Shown here piece by piece: positions 1-11,443 of a stretch of 43,820 nt of DNA. The notes beneath the pieces were generated by a model. The model saw nothing but the letters and a program-made list of their open reading frames with translations. It had not been told where the DNA came from and did no database searches. A program made the translations under genes and the position numbers. Each line of letters opens with the position of its first letter. Within the stretch, counting starts at the first letter, position 1. Source of the stretch: Xylographa opegraphella (Eukaryota); NCBI GenBank assembly GCA_022813865.1, contig JALDZX010000099.1:1-43820 (forward strand), given 5' to 3'.

Positions 1-60
1 TCGTCCACCTAAAGCTTACGTTCTAGGCGTGCTTGTGTGGTGAGTTGATGAGCCGTAACA
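1..60 (+). mobile_element. 3' part of a 183-bp LTR (family A), cut by the window edge
   Basis: Nearly identical to the last 60 nt of the copy at 6934..7116; ends ...GAGCCGTAACA. Confidence 0.85.
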
Positions 61-684
61 TTAAACGTGCTGAATATATTGAATACGCAAAATACATACA
101 AAGAATATACAAAAATTAAAGATTTTGTGTTAAATTTATAATTTATTAAATAAATAAAAATACTCATTTGATCGAATTTTCGTTTTTTTAATGAAAAAAG
201 TAAAAATTTCGCTTTTTTCGATTTCGCTAAGCGATTATTGAAATAAAATAATAAAATTTTTACGCTTTAAATAAATATAGTTTTTTATAATTAAATATTT
301 TATATAATTTTTAATCGATAATTTCGCGCAAGTTTAACGACGTTTATTTTATAATAAATTTCGTAATTTATATTTTAATATTCTCTTACTTTTTTATATA
401 TATAAAACAGCGTTTAACGCGTATTTTATATATTCGTATTATAAAAGTAAAAGCTTTGCGTTTTATTATATTTCGTTATTATTATATAATTATTACGATT
501 ATATTTTTATTTGCGTTTCGCGTATTTCTCGATCAATATTTAACTTTTTTATTAAAAATAAATATTCATCCCCAGCATCACGCGAAAATATACGGCCACG
601 CTGGGGGTATAAATAAAATTATTACATATTTACAGTTTTTATTTTCGAAAACGCCCCCAGACTTTTTAATGGAATAAAAGAATT
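61..684. repeat. AT-rich hypermutated (RIP-like) transposon relic
   Basis: Very AT-rich, with residual C/G largely in CpG; no credible ORF; flanked by recognisable TE ends. Confidence 0.7.
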
Positions 685-1198
685 CAGCGAATTCCTCGGC
701 TGACGCTGGCGCACCCCCGTAATTCCCCCGCTGTACCCTCTGTCCCCTATTTTATCATTATTCCTCGGCTGACCCTAGTTTGAAGCCCTAAAACGCGTAA
801 TCCTTCATAAAAGTTACGCACGCAGTACCATTATTATTCGCAGCTTTCGCAGCCTTCGCAGCCTTCGCAGCTTCGTAGCCCTCATTCGCAGCCCCTATTC
901 GTAGTTCCCTTCTTCCTTTATAAAACCTTATAATTCCGTCGCAATTTAAGCTTGACTCTTCCTATTTCGAGTTTTAAAAAGGACTTTTTCTAGGCGTAAA
1001 ATATATAAAAATAGCGCGTAACAAGCATGTAACTAAGACAAAAGTATGATAAAAAATATTATTAACTGGTAATCGTAGTAATAAACCAATTAGAATACGA
1101 GAAGCGGGGGTCAGCCGAGGAATAATGACAAAACAGGGGACATAGGGTACAACGGGGGAATTACGGGGGTGCGCCAGGGTCAGCCGAGAAATTCGCTG
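685..1198. mobile_element. Non-autonomous Mutator-like (MULE) MITE, 514 bp
   Basis: 91-bp terminal inverted repeats at 685..775 and 1108..1198 (CAGCGAATT...). Flanking 10-bp duplication TAAAAGAATT (675..684) / TAAAAGAGTT (1199..1208). A 9-11 bp TSD with long TIRs is typical of the Mutator superfamily. Internal TTCGCAGCC-type tandem array at ~837..905. Confidence 0.8.
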
Positions 1199-1534
1199 TA
1201 AAAGAGTTACTGGGGTTTTGGCCAAAAATCCTGCGCTAACAGGCCTGTTTCAGCCAAAGGAGTCTGGGCATTCGAGGCAACGAGCAATGGGCCGTGCACT
1301 ACCTCGGAAAAACTTTTAACAAAGCGGAAGACTGTTATTTACACAACTTGTAACAAGGATTAGCTTCCAGCGACAATATCATAACTTAAGATCCAGAAGC
1401 CTTGGTATTGACCGTGACGCTAATCCTTTCTTGATATCAATTTCTTTTCAATCTGCACGCTTTGCCAAATGAATGCTATAGCTTGAGAAATTTGGATCTT
1501 GGTTCGTCTTGCTGTGGATGGAGGCGTGCAAAGC

Positions 1535-4500
1535 ATGTCCTATGCTGTGCAGACACCAAAACGACCGCTTCCAGGTGGATTTCCAACAACTCCTGCATCA
1601 GGTCGATTCCAGACCGGGGCTTTAAGACCAGTTTTCCGACAAGCAGGTTCAAATTCGGCATTTCAACAATCCGAAATCGTTCTTCAGAATGCCCCGCAGC
1701 AGCAAGCGCAGTCGTCACAACAAAATGGTCAAGTTGCTGCCAAACCTACAACAGGAACTCTTGACCCAATAACGCGTGCCTCAAACACTATTAATGAGAC
1801 TCTAGACCAGGACTCAAGATATCCGGAGCTGGACACGTATCTTGGCCGTAAGTGTCACAAACACCCCATCTCTTCCTCCGAGCCACTCTTAAAAAATCAT
1901 AGAAGGTATATCTTCCGAATATGAAGTCTCGGCAGAAAATGGATGGGCGCCTTTCCAAAAGATCAAAACGTACCCTATACCAGATAGGATTTTTGAACAG
2001 TATAATCACTCACAGCTTCGTACAATGATGGGCCTGTTTGCCGAGTTCAATCATGCCTGGGTGACCATTGATAATGCTTGCTATCTATGGGATTATACCC
2101 ACCCGAATCCTGATCTTGTCGGGTTTGAAGAGCAACCGAACAGCATCACAGCGGTACGGCTTGTCACACCGAAACCTAACATGTTTGTACCATCGGTCAC
2201 GAGACTCCTGGTTGTGGCCACTACTGTAGACTTGATTCTGGTAGGACTATCATCTGACTCGGTACCTACTGGCGGCCGAAAAATATCGTTATACCAGACC
2301 CGCATGTCGCTTCCAATCAAGGGGATGAACGTGGACCTGATCGAAGGTTCGGCAGCTACCGGACGCATATTGTTCACCGGAAGCAGTGACAATGACGTCT
2401 ATGAATTTACGTATCAGCAAGAAGAGAAATGGTTTCAAAGCCGTTGTGGCAAAATCAACCATACAAGCAAGGGAATCACAACGCTGACGCCTTCGTTCCT
2501 TTTCACGCAAAGACAGGAACAAGAACACACCGTGCAGATGGCAATTGATGATTCCCGAAGTCTATTATACACCTTATCTTCGAGATCTACCGTTCGCGTC
2601 TTTCATATGAAATCCGATACAAAGCTCGACCTGGTCATCACAAAGACGCTAACAGATGTTCTTAACAACATAGGCCATATGACCTCTGCTACTGATCTCA
2701 TATCCCGGGATATGGCTATCGTGTCGGTTGCCACAGTATCGGCTCAAGAAGCATCTAAGATACACCTGATAATGACTACATCCACCGGATGTCGATTATT
2801 CATGAGCGCCACAACTTCATATGGCTATGTGATCAAAGACCCGTCCAATGCGCCCACAAGCATGCAATTGCAACATATTAAATTCCCACCACCGATGCAG
2901 CAACAGCCTCCGTCTCATTATACAGTTGGAAACACACAAGGACTGAACACTTCTTCGAGAGCTTCGATACAAACACGGACCGCCTCTAGGTATGCTCCCG
3001 GTTACTCCTTCAGCTTCGTTTCGCGAGAACAGCAAACGCAAACGGATATGCTGTTCATCTCGGCACCAGATGCAGGCCGTATCGCACGGCCTCAAGATCC
3101 GGGCGCTCCGGCACGATTTGCAGAATTGGGGCTATGGTTGAACTTGGGAAGTCGTGCAGAAGATGTCGGTCTTGCGACGCGGCCGTTTTCGGCTTCCTCG
3201 ACCCCAAACGGGTTTGCAAATGAACTTGCTGTACAGTATGATAAGCCTGCGAGCGAAGTTGCGGTTTTGACGAACACTGGAATTCAAACATTTCGCCGAA
3301 GACGACTCGTTGATATGTTCGCCACTATTATCCAGGGACGAGGTGGCACAGACGGCCTAGAAGCAGAAGTGAAGAACTTCATTCGTCTTTACGGTCGTAG
3401 TGAGACAGCTGCGACCGCTCTTGCTGTCGCTTGTGGGCAGGGTCTTGATGTTACCGCCGATTCCCGAGTTGCAAGTATTCTAGATCCAGAAGTCCTTGAG
3501 AAAGCACGGACTGCGTTCGTGGAGTATGGAGGAAAACCTATGCTTAATGAAAATCTGCTTGTCGACCATTTACTGCCTTCCATGGACATGGTCCGTCCTT
3601 CACCTCGCCATGATGGGTTAGCTTTGTACATCGCTCGTCTAGTGCGATCGATATGGAAAGCTCTAGTGGCAGAGGAGTCTGTTTACCCTACCGGAGGCCT
3701 GGCAGTATTGCCAACAGTAAGCTTAACAAAGTTGCGGGAGATTCAGCGTGACTTAACCAAGCTGCAAGAGTTCCTGAAAAGCAACAAGAGTTTCATCGAC
3801 GGTCTGGCTGGACCTGAAGCCTTAGGGAGAGTCACCACTAAGCAAGAAGAGCTGTCTCTACGAGCTGAGCACAGAGCCTTGCACGGACTTGTTCTTCTCC
3901 TTTCCAATATCATTGAAGGTATAGCCTTCGTACTGACCTTATTCGATGAACGTATTGAAGAACTTGTTCTGTCTCTCCCCAACGAAACAAGGCAACAATT
4001 GAGAAATCTAACTTATGCGGGGCTATTTTGCACTACAAACGGCAAGGAGCTAGCAAAAGAATTGGTCAAATCCATTGTCGATCGCAATATTGCAAATGGC
4101 TCTAACGTCGACACGGTAGCGGAAGCTCTAAGAAGAAAATGTGGCAGCTTCTGCAGTGCTGATGATGTGGTCATTTTCAAAGCCCAAGAACAACTGAGAA
4201 GGGCTTCCGAGACTGGCAGTTCCTCAGAACTTGGCAGGAATCTGCTCAACGAGAGTTTGAGGCTATTCAAGCAAGTCTCGGAGACCTTATCGATGGAGCA
4301 ATTACAGTGGGCAGTTGAACAATACCTCCCAATGGAGTTTTATGCTGGTGCAATACAGCTCGCTTTGTCGGTAGCCAAGGAGTCAGATAGAAGTAACAGT
4401 GCTCTAAGCTGGATACAGGAAGGCCGGTCACCATCGGTAGGTCGAAAGTGCATCAACTAACATTTTGTGGTTTTCTAATCCGTCCTAGGATATCCGGGCT

Positions 4501-5773
4501 ATTGCGTTTGCTAACCGCAAGAAATGCTATAATCTTGTCCACCAAGTTATCGCTTCTTTAGATGCAGCCTCCCAGCAGTATCCTGGAATGGTGAATGAAC
4601 TGGAAACAGTAGTATCCAAACGGAGAGCAGAAGCTTATACTGTCATCGATACTTCTGATGACCGGGTATTCCAGATCGACCTATTTGACTGGTACCTTTC
4701 GCAGGATCTGGCGGACCGGTTGCTTAATGTCCAGTCTCCGTATCTCACTACCTACCTTGAAATAAAAGCAAAGGAAGACATTACTCACGCAGATCTGCTG
4801 TGGAGGTACTACAGCCAATGGAGTCGACCTCATGACGCTGCTGTCATTCAATTGAATCTTGCCAAAAGCTCCTTCCCACTTACACTGGATCAACGAATAG
4901 AGTATCTAAGCCAGGCGAAGACCAATGCTTCGGCTTACGCAGCCAGCGTTGGGCGTCAATCACGCCAATCATTATTACGAGAAGTGTCCGTTCTGTTAGA
5001 CATTGCCAATATTCAGGACGACGTTCTACAAAAGCTTAAAGGCGACATTCGAGTCTCACCTGACCGCAAATCAGATGTCCTACGACAAGTCGATGGCCAG
5101 ATCCTTAGTCTTACTGAGGTACTTTATTGTTTGGATCTCCTTGATATCTGCTAACACAGTTCGGTAGCTTTATAACAATTACGCAGACCAAGCCGGTTAC
5201 TACGAAATCTGCCTAATGATCTACCAGGCGGCTGACCACCGTAATCCAATTGACATAAGAAATACGTGGCGGAACCTGTTCGAGAAAAAACACCAAGAAG
5301 CCCTTGATAACGGAGGCGCGTACCCTTACGAGGTGGTCGCCGATACCGTACGCTCCCTTGGCACCCGCTTAGGGCTCTCCGAGTCTACCTTTCCTATTGC
5401 TGATTTAATTCCGCTTCTCGAGCGATACGCGTTCGAGTCACAGCGTGGGATCGGCCCTACCAGTTGGGTGGTCGATACATTCCTTGCTCTGCAAGTACCA
5501 TACGAGATACTGTTTAATGTCTTGGAGGGTATGCTGTATAACGATGAAGCGCCATTCCACGGCGCGAATAAAAAGATAATAGCGGGAGACATGCTGTATG
5601 TTGCGCAGCAATGGTTCGCCGAAACAGCTCGCACTGGGAGAGTGCTTGGCAGTGAGGCCAATGCGGGAGCAATCTCGTCGACACTGGGTACTTTGATGAC
5701 GAATGGACTAGTTGGACAACAGGTAGAAGATTGTAGAGAATTGAGAAGGAATATCGAGCAGTCCCTAAGGTAA
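1535..5773 (+). CDS. NUP170: Nucleoporin Nup170/Nup157 (Nup155 family)
   Basis: Exons 1535..1847, 1903..4436, 4489..5118, 5168..5773 join in frame across GT-AG introns 1848..1902, 4437..4488, 5119..5167. Family motifs: MMGLFAEFNHAWVTIDNACYLWDY, YGRSETAATALAVAC, LRRKCGSFCSADDVVIFKAQE. Confidence 0.95.
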
Positions 5774-5966
5774 CACATGGAAGAGGGTCCTGTTTATAGA
5801 CTAAAAATGCCACTTTTAATGCAATAGGCTTTGCTTGGTTCTATTGAATCCTCGGACAATGAGGACACCTTAATTTTGGTGAGCACGATCGCAGCCTACC
5901 GTACTTCCTGTTACACCAACACGGGTTATCCGAACATCTGTACTGTGCAAAGCATGACACCGTATG

Positions 5967-6046
5967 ATTGCAGCGTAGCTGCTATTAGGATGAGGGGGTC
6001 CAAATCGAAGTTCGGGCGCTAGTGATGCAGTATTTCCGTGCCGAAT
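5967..6046 (-). repeat. Family B dispersed repeat, one half of a split copy
   Basis: Reverse complement of ~11570..11648; the other half resumes at 7455..7588 after the inserted TIR element. Confidence 0.8.
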
Positions 6047-6048
6047 TA

Positions 6049-7452
6049 CTGTGGTTGCAGGGGTAAATAATGTTAGTATACCTTAGCGTCTTGGTACACA
6101 TATATATATGATAACTATATTATTATTATATGTTTATTACAATAATAACACTTTTATTAATACTAAATAAGCAGATTTTAACCCGCGATCAACGTTTTAA
6201 AGTTTATATATTATGTGATTTAAAATTGATTATTTATAAATCGCTAAAATTTTTAATATTATATATCAACAAGTTTAATAAACGTATTATTATAAAACTA
6301 TACATCAGCAACTCCGACGAAATTCAAAATTAGTATTTACAACTTTTTTCGCAAAAATTTAATTAATTCTGTATATAAAAACAAGGAAAATCGACGATTA
6401 TTATTGTTTTTTATTCCTTCCAGATTGAATTTTAATATTTTTAAATTTACTATTCGCAGCGTATTTTAAAAAGTAAAATTTAAACGTTATATCGTACGTT
6501 AAAAAAATAATATTTAAAATAAATCGTTTACTGTGGCTAGTTTGGGCATATTAATATTTTAATTAAATCAAAGAATAATAGTATATTATATTATAAAGCG
6601 ATAAAATTCGAATTTATTTAATAAAATACAAAAAGGTATATATTACACGACGTGTGAACGAAGTTTTTTATTTTAATTATTTACCGTTAAAAGGGTTTAA
6701 TAAAAGCGAATAAATGTTTTAAAGTTATTTTGCAGACAATATTAAAAAATGTAATATTATTATAAAAAAATTGAGGCTTTGTTACGACGATTATTTATTA
6801 TAAAGAAATAATATTTTTTATTAACACGTTTATAAAAATAATTCCTGATTTATTATTTATATAGAATAATACGTTAATATACAAATCGAAAGCGATTTAA
6901 TTAAAATTTTCAACGAGAAGTATTTACGCAATATGTGACGGCTATGACATCAGTCACAAGTAATAGGGGTCGGGCTGGATCAGGACTAGCACCTTTAGTA
7001 TATAGTCTCGCCCATGGAGCAGCCTCACCGCTTCTCCATCTTAATCTGGGTTAAAATCGTCCACCTAAAGCTTACGTTCTAGGCGTGCTTGTGTGGTGAG
7101 TTGATGAGCCATAACACAATAAAATAATTAGTTTCTTTAATTTATTTAAACTTTATTCAGAAATTATAAAGTTAAATAAAAAAATTAATTCAAAATATTT
7201 ATAAAATTCTGAATAATATTTCTAAAAGGCGTTTAAAAATTATAATACAAAAAGCCTGGGATATTATTATACTTAATATATTAAATAAATTTATTAATAG
7301 AATACTTTTTCGCTGTTAAACAATTATAAATACGAAAGGCAAAGTTACAAAATAATAAATACCTTGATATTATTATTGTATATTATATATTATTATATGT
7401 GTAAATGCCAAGACGTTAAAGTGTATTAACATCATTTACCCCTGCAACGAAG
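6049..7452. mobile_element. Degenerate TIR DNA transposon with TA target duplication (Tc1/mariner-like)
   Basis: ~50-bp imperfect TIRs: CTGTGGTTGCAGGGGTAAATAATGTTAG... at 6049 and ...TTAACATCATTTACCCCTGCAACGAAG ending 7452. TA at 6047-6048 and 7453-7454. It interrupts a family B repeat. Interior is AT-rich with no intact transposase. Confidence 0.75.
6934..7116 (+). mobile_element. Solo LTR, 183 bp (family A)
   Basis: TG...CA ends with short inverted termini (TGTGACGGCT / AGCCATAACA), perfect 5-bp TSD CAATA (6929..6933 and 7117..7121), internal TATA-like GTATATAG; two other copies in the window. Confidence 0.9.
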
Positions 7453-7454
7453 TA

Positions 7455-7588
7455 GTACAATATTCCCTTTTTAGGTTTAGTTTCAGCGGGGCCTTGGCTT
7501 TCCACAGCGCTGCATATTTAGCGAGAGGTCCCCTCACGCTGAACCGCGCTGGATCACCTGGTAGTATCGTACGCATGAGATTGCTCGA
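7455..7588 (-). repeat. Family B dispersed repeat, second half of the split copy
   Basis: Reverse complement aligns with 11444..11568 (CTACCAGGT.ATCC...CCTCTCGCT.AATATGCAGCG...GCCAAG.CCC). Confidence 0.8.
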
Positions 7589-7611
7589 AAGCAAGTACAA
7601 ACATAAATATT

Positions 7612-7663
7612 CAGCGAATTCCTCGATTGACCCTGACGCATCCCCGTAATTCCCCGGCTGTAC
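7612..7663 (+). mobile_element. Truncated copy of the MULE TIR
   Basis: CAGCGAATTCCTCGATTGACCCTGACGCATCCCCGTAATTCCCCGGCTGTAC matches 685..736 with a few substitutions; no partner TIR found downstream. Confidence 0.75.
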
Positions 7664-9514
7664 GAAATCACACACCAAAAGTTCTTAAAGTCCGCTAGTA
7701 AAGGATAGCCCCTGCTTACATAATAATATATATACCCCTGTATATATGAATTCTTATATTAATATTCTTTTATAAATATAATTAACAGAGATTACAGTTA
7801 AAATTTACTCGTTAATTTTGTTTAATTATTCTTTAACTCGTTTTAAAATTTCTCCGCTATTTTTGTTAATTTCGCCTCTTTTACCTTTTTGAATTTAAAT
7901 ATTTCATAATTTGTTTTCTCGTTTCAAGCGACCATTTTAAGAGTTTTTTGCCGCGTTTTTTTACGCTTACGGAATTTTTTTAATAAAATATTTCTTTGAC
8001 GAGATAATTTTTTTCGTGTATTTATTTCCTTTTTTAAAATTAATAATGCGTTGAATATAAAAAAGTATTTTCTTAATTGATTATCGATTTTTTATAATAA
8101 TTATTTTAATACAATTTTTATCGTTTATACGCGTTTATTCGAGTTTACGATGCGTTTTATTTAATAATACGTTTTAAAAAAAATTCAATCATAAATTTTA
8201 ATCCCGTTGAAAAATTAAAAATTGCCGAATCAAAGAAGCCTCGTAATTGAATAATTATAAAATATGTATTTAAATATAATATACGTATACGAGCGCGCTG
8301 TTTTTTTATACGAATTTTTTAAATATTTATTAATATACTATTAAATCAAAAAAAATTGGAAATTTTATATTAACATTTTTTCAATCGATTTTTTTATTAT
8401 TACGAGTTAATTTATTAATATTTACTTGCTATTTTTGAATGTATTTTATTCCGAGTTATATTTGCAATTTTAATTTACGAAATTTAATTTTTAATTTATA
8501 TTTCGTTTATTTGAATTTATCACCGCGTTTCATTTCGTAATCGCCGTCGTTGTCGTTTTTTGATTTATCGCGGTCTTTTTCTCTTAAATATAGTAAAGCT
8601 CTTTTTAATATTAAATTTTTTTAAAATTTAAATTTAAAGTATTTTTTCCAGCGCGCGCGTACGTAAATTTTATACAATCGTTTATTAAATTGTCGTTATA
8701 TTTGCGTTAAACCTCGATAATATTCAGAAATAATTAACGTTTTATTCATTTAAATTACTTTTTTAATTTTTGAAGATTTAATATCAATAAACGAGCGCGA
8801 ATTCGTGACGAGTTTTTTTATTAAAACGATAAAAAAAAATTGTTTAATTTACGTTTATTTATATTTAAATTTTTTTAATAATTTTCGTGCGAACGTAATT
8901 AATATTCCTGTTTTTAAATCGATTTTATTTAAGTTTTTATTACGATTTTTATAAACGTATTTTCGTATTCGTTTTTTATTCGTAAAATCGAATTTTTAAA
9001 TCGACCGCTACGAGGCGCGTTTTAAACGTAATAAAATTTATTATTTATTTATTATTTTCGAGATTTTATCTTTTGATTTTCGCACGTTTTTGGAATTATA
9101 AATAAATAATAAAACGATTTTAATGATTTCGCAAATTTATTAATCGTTAATATTTCGATTATAAAAAACGAGAGTTTAAACTTTAAATTTCAGATCGTAA
9201 ATTTTATTACCAGGGAATAGAATAAAAAATCAATATTTAAATAAAATAAAAGCAAAAAGAAATGATAATTTAAATAATAATTCCAATATTTTTTGAATAA
9301 AATTCGATAATTTAAAAACTTGATAATATTATTAATCATTTACTAAATTGTACAAAATTAATATAATATTTCTTTATATATATTATTATTAATTTAATCG
9401 TTCAAATAATATTATTTTAATTTATATATATATAATATTTTTATATGTATTAACAAAATTTATATATATATATATAATATCGCGCGTTTTAACCCTTGTA
9501 AAAATTTTTGTATA
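7664..9514. repeat. AT-rich hypermutated element relic, family not identifiable
   Basis: ~1.85 kb, extremely AT-rich with CpG retention; no ORF of 60 codons or more lies within it. Confidence 0.7.
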
Positions 9515-9697
9515 TGTTACGGCTCATCAACTCACCACACAAGCACGCCTAGAACGTAAGCTTTAGGTGGATGATTTCAACCCAGATTAAGATGGAGAAG
9601 CGATGAGGCTGCTCCATGGGCAAGACTATATACTAAAGGTGCTAGTCCTGATCCAGCCCGACCCCTATTACCTGTGACTGATGTCATAGCCGTCAGA
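9515..9697 (-). mobile_element. LTR copy, 183 bp (family A), inverted orientation
   Basis: Reverse complement differs from 6934..7116 at 7 positions by my manual alignment; no TSD (GTATA vs AAATT). Confidence 0.88.
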
Positions 9698-10046
9698 AAA
9701 TTAAACGTTTAAATTTAATTATTTTAAAGCTTTACGTGCGCGAGGCCTTTTCAGCGACAAAACGCGTAAAATATTTTTATTTTATTTAATGTTGCGAGAA
9801 GAACGAGTTAATACTCTTTAAATATTTAATTAAATTCAATTCGAAATGGGCGTTCGAAATACAATTTACAGCTTTAGAAAGCGAACAGATTTTTAAAATT
9901 CGACGCCAGGTATTATTAAATGTAAAAGCAAGCCTGAAGTAATTACATATTTTACAGACACGAGCATTTATAATAATAATAAATATTTTTCTTCCTTTAA
10001 ACTAAACTATAAACTAAACTATAATATTATAAACAGAGGCTGCAAT

Positions 10047-10171
10047 GCCAAGACCCCCTGAAGTTAAACCTAAAGAGGGAATATTGTACTGATCAAAACG
10101 GATTATTCTACTTCATTAGCGCCCGAAGTTGAATTTGCACCCCCTCATCCTTAGAGCAGCTACGCTGCAAT
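10047..10171 (+). repeat. Family B dispersed repeat, left-truncated copy
   Basis: GCCAAGACCCCCTG...CCCCTCATCCTTAGAGCAGCTACGCTGCAAT matches 11526..11648. Confidence 0.8.
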
Positions 10172-10194
10172 AAAACTTGCATAGCTGTACAGTT

Positions 10195-10587
10195 CCACGA
10201 GATAAACAACAGTATCAGGCCATATCTACCCTTGACGGAGAGACTTGTGAGATTGAGCAAAAAGAAAGGGCTAGGGTGCGAAGATTCCTGCATTCATGAT
10301 AGAATATAATCAACGCCTTCATAAACGCATCAAGGGCGACGATCGAAGAGTCAAAACAACAATGCTCTAAAAGGGAAATGAGAAATGCTTAAACTGAAGA
10401 GGTAGTTGTTGATCTGGAAGAAGGCAAAATGACGGTTGAGTTTTAATCAGTTTTCCATGAAGCAAGTATACGAAATTTGAACCAATAGTTTACAGCTTTG
10501 CGCAAGTCTCCGTATGGTACTTTGTTCTGGCATTCGTTGTGTTCGAGAAAGTTGGTGTAACAACAACACCGGTAGCGGCAGCATCTA
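10195..10587 (+). pseudogene. Possible decayed ORF of unknown origin
   Basis: The frame starting at 10201 reads protein-like (DKQQYQAISTLDGETCEIEQKERARVRRFLHS**NIINAFINASRATIEESKQQ...) with internal TGA, TAG, TAA, TAA stops; no family recognised. Confidence 0.25.
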
Positions 10588-11443
10588 ATCACCTAAACTG
10601 CTTAGGTCCTAGCGTAAATATAGCAGTCCAGCTCACTCGGATCCGACAGCCACACAAACTCGAGACCTATCTTACCTACCAAGTAGCAAATGTCTATTTA
10701 GACGTACCTAGTATTTCTACATCTGTCCTTTTCGACGGCTCAAGGCATAGCGGGCTCGCTTCTTAATCTCTGCAGTTGCTGTATGTATGGTTTCGTATTA
10801 CAAGACTTGCTAGAGAGAAAGACTAGGATTGGCCTTGATACCCTATGGACCTTTTAAGTCCTTCTTTATTTCGACTTTCCCTTCCTAATGGCGAAAAATA
10901 CATTGGCCCTAACCCCAACTTGGCCATCTTCTATTGCTGTGTTTTATCTCATTTTCTTCAGAATAAATGTTGAGTATTTGAGTATTTCATGCCATTTCAG
11001 CTCACTTCCCTACGCACGATGTCCTTCCATTTGTGCTGAGCATTTAATACTAAATACAAAGATATCACTGCACATGTCTTTGTGTGCGTAAGCATATTGA
11101 GTAACCTGGGAGTTCTCCAGGATGAGTCGCAGGAACGTTCGAAGGTTCTGAAAAGTCTCTCGCAATAATGGATCGCATGGTTTTGGTCCTAATAAGACTG
11201 AGTCTTCCAGAACTCGTTGTTGTTTGCGCAGTTTTGTAGTAGCACACCTGAAATCAATTTGTCCTTAAGGCCGCTTTACGGATCTGCTTCATTCCATATT
11301 CAGTTGAAGGGGCATGAGCGAGAATTCTCACCTAAACAGAAGGCAGCAACTCTACTGCGATAACCTGGTCGTCGATTGTGGCGGGTGGGCGATGTTCGCG
11401 AAGTGCTGAAAGACTGCCACCATCTCAGAGAGCCTTTTCAGTA

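Noticed and set aside
456..677. Short ORFs in AT-rich DNA (also 974..1225 and 6130..6333)
   Set aside because: I/F/K/Y-rich translations expected from mutated AT-rich repeats; no motifs.
1..7116. Two direct LTRs ~6.9 kb apart as one retrotransposon that captured NUP170
   Set aside because: The second LTR has its own 5-bp TSD (solo insertion), the gene keeps its introns, and there is no gag/pol or primer-binding site.
685..7663. Pack-MULE carrying NUP170
   Set aside because: The TIR at 7612 has the same orientation as the one at 685, and 685..1198 is already closed by its own TIR and TSD.
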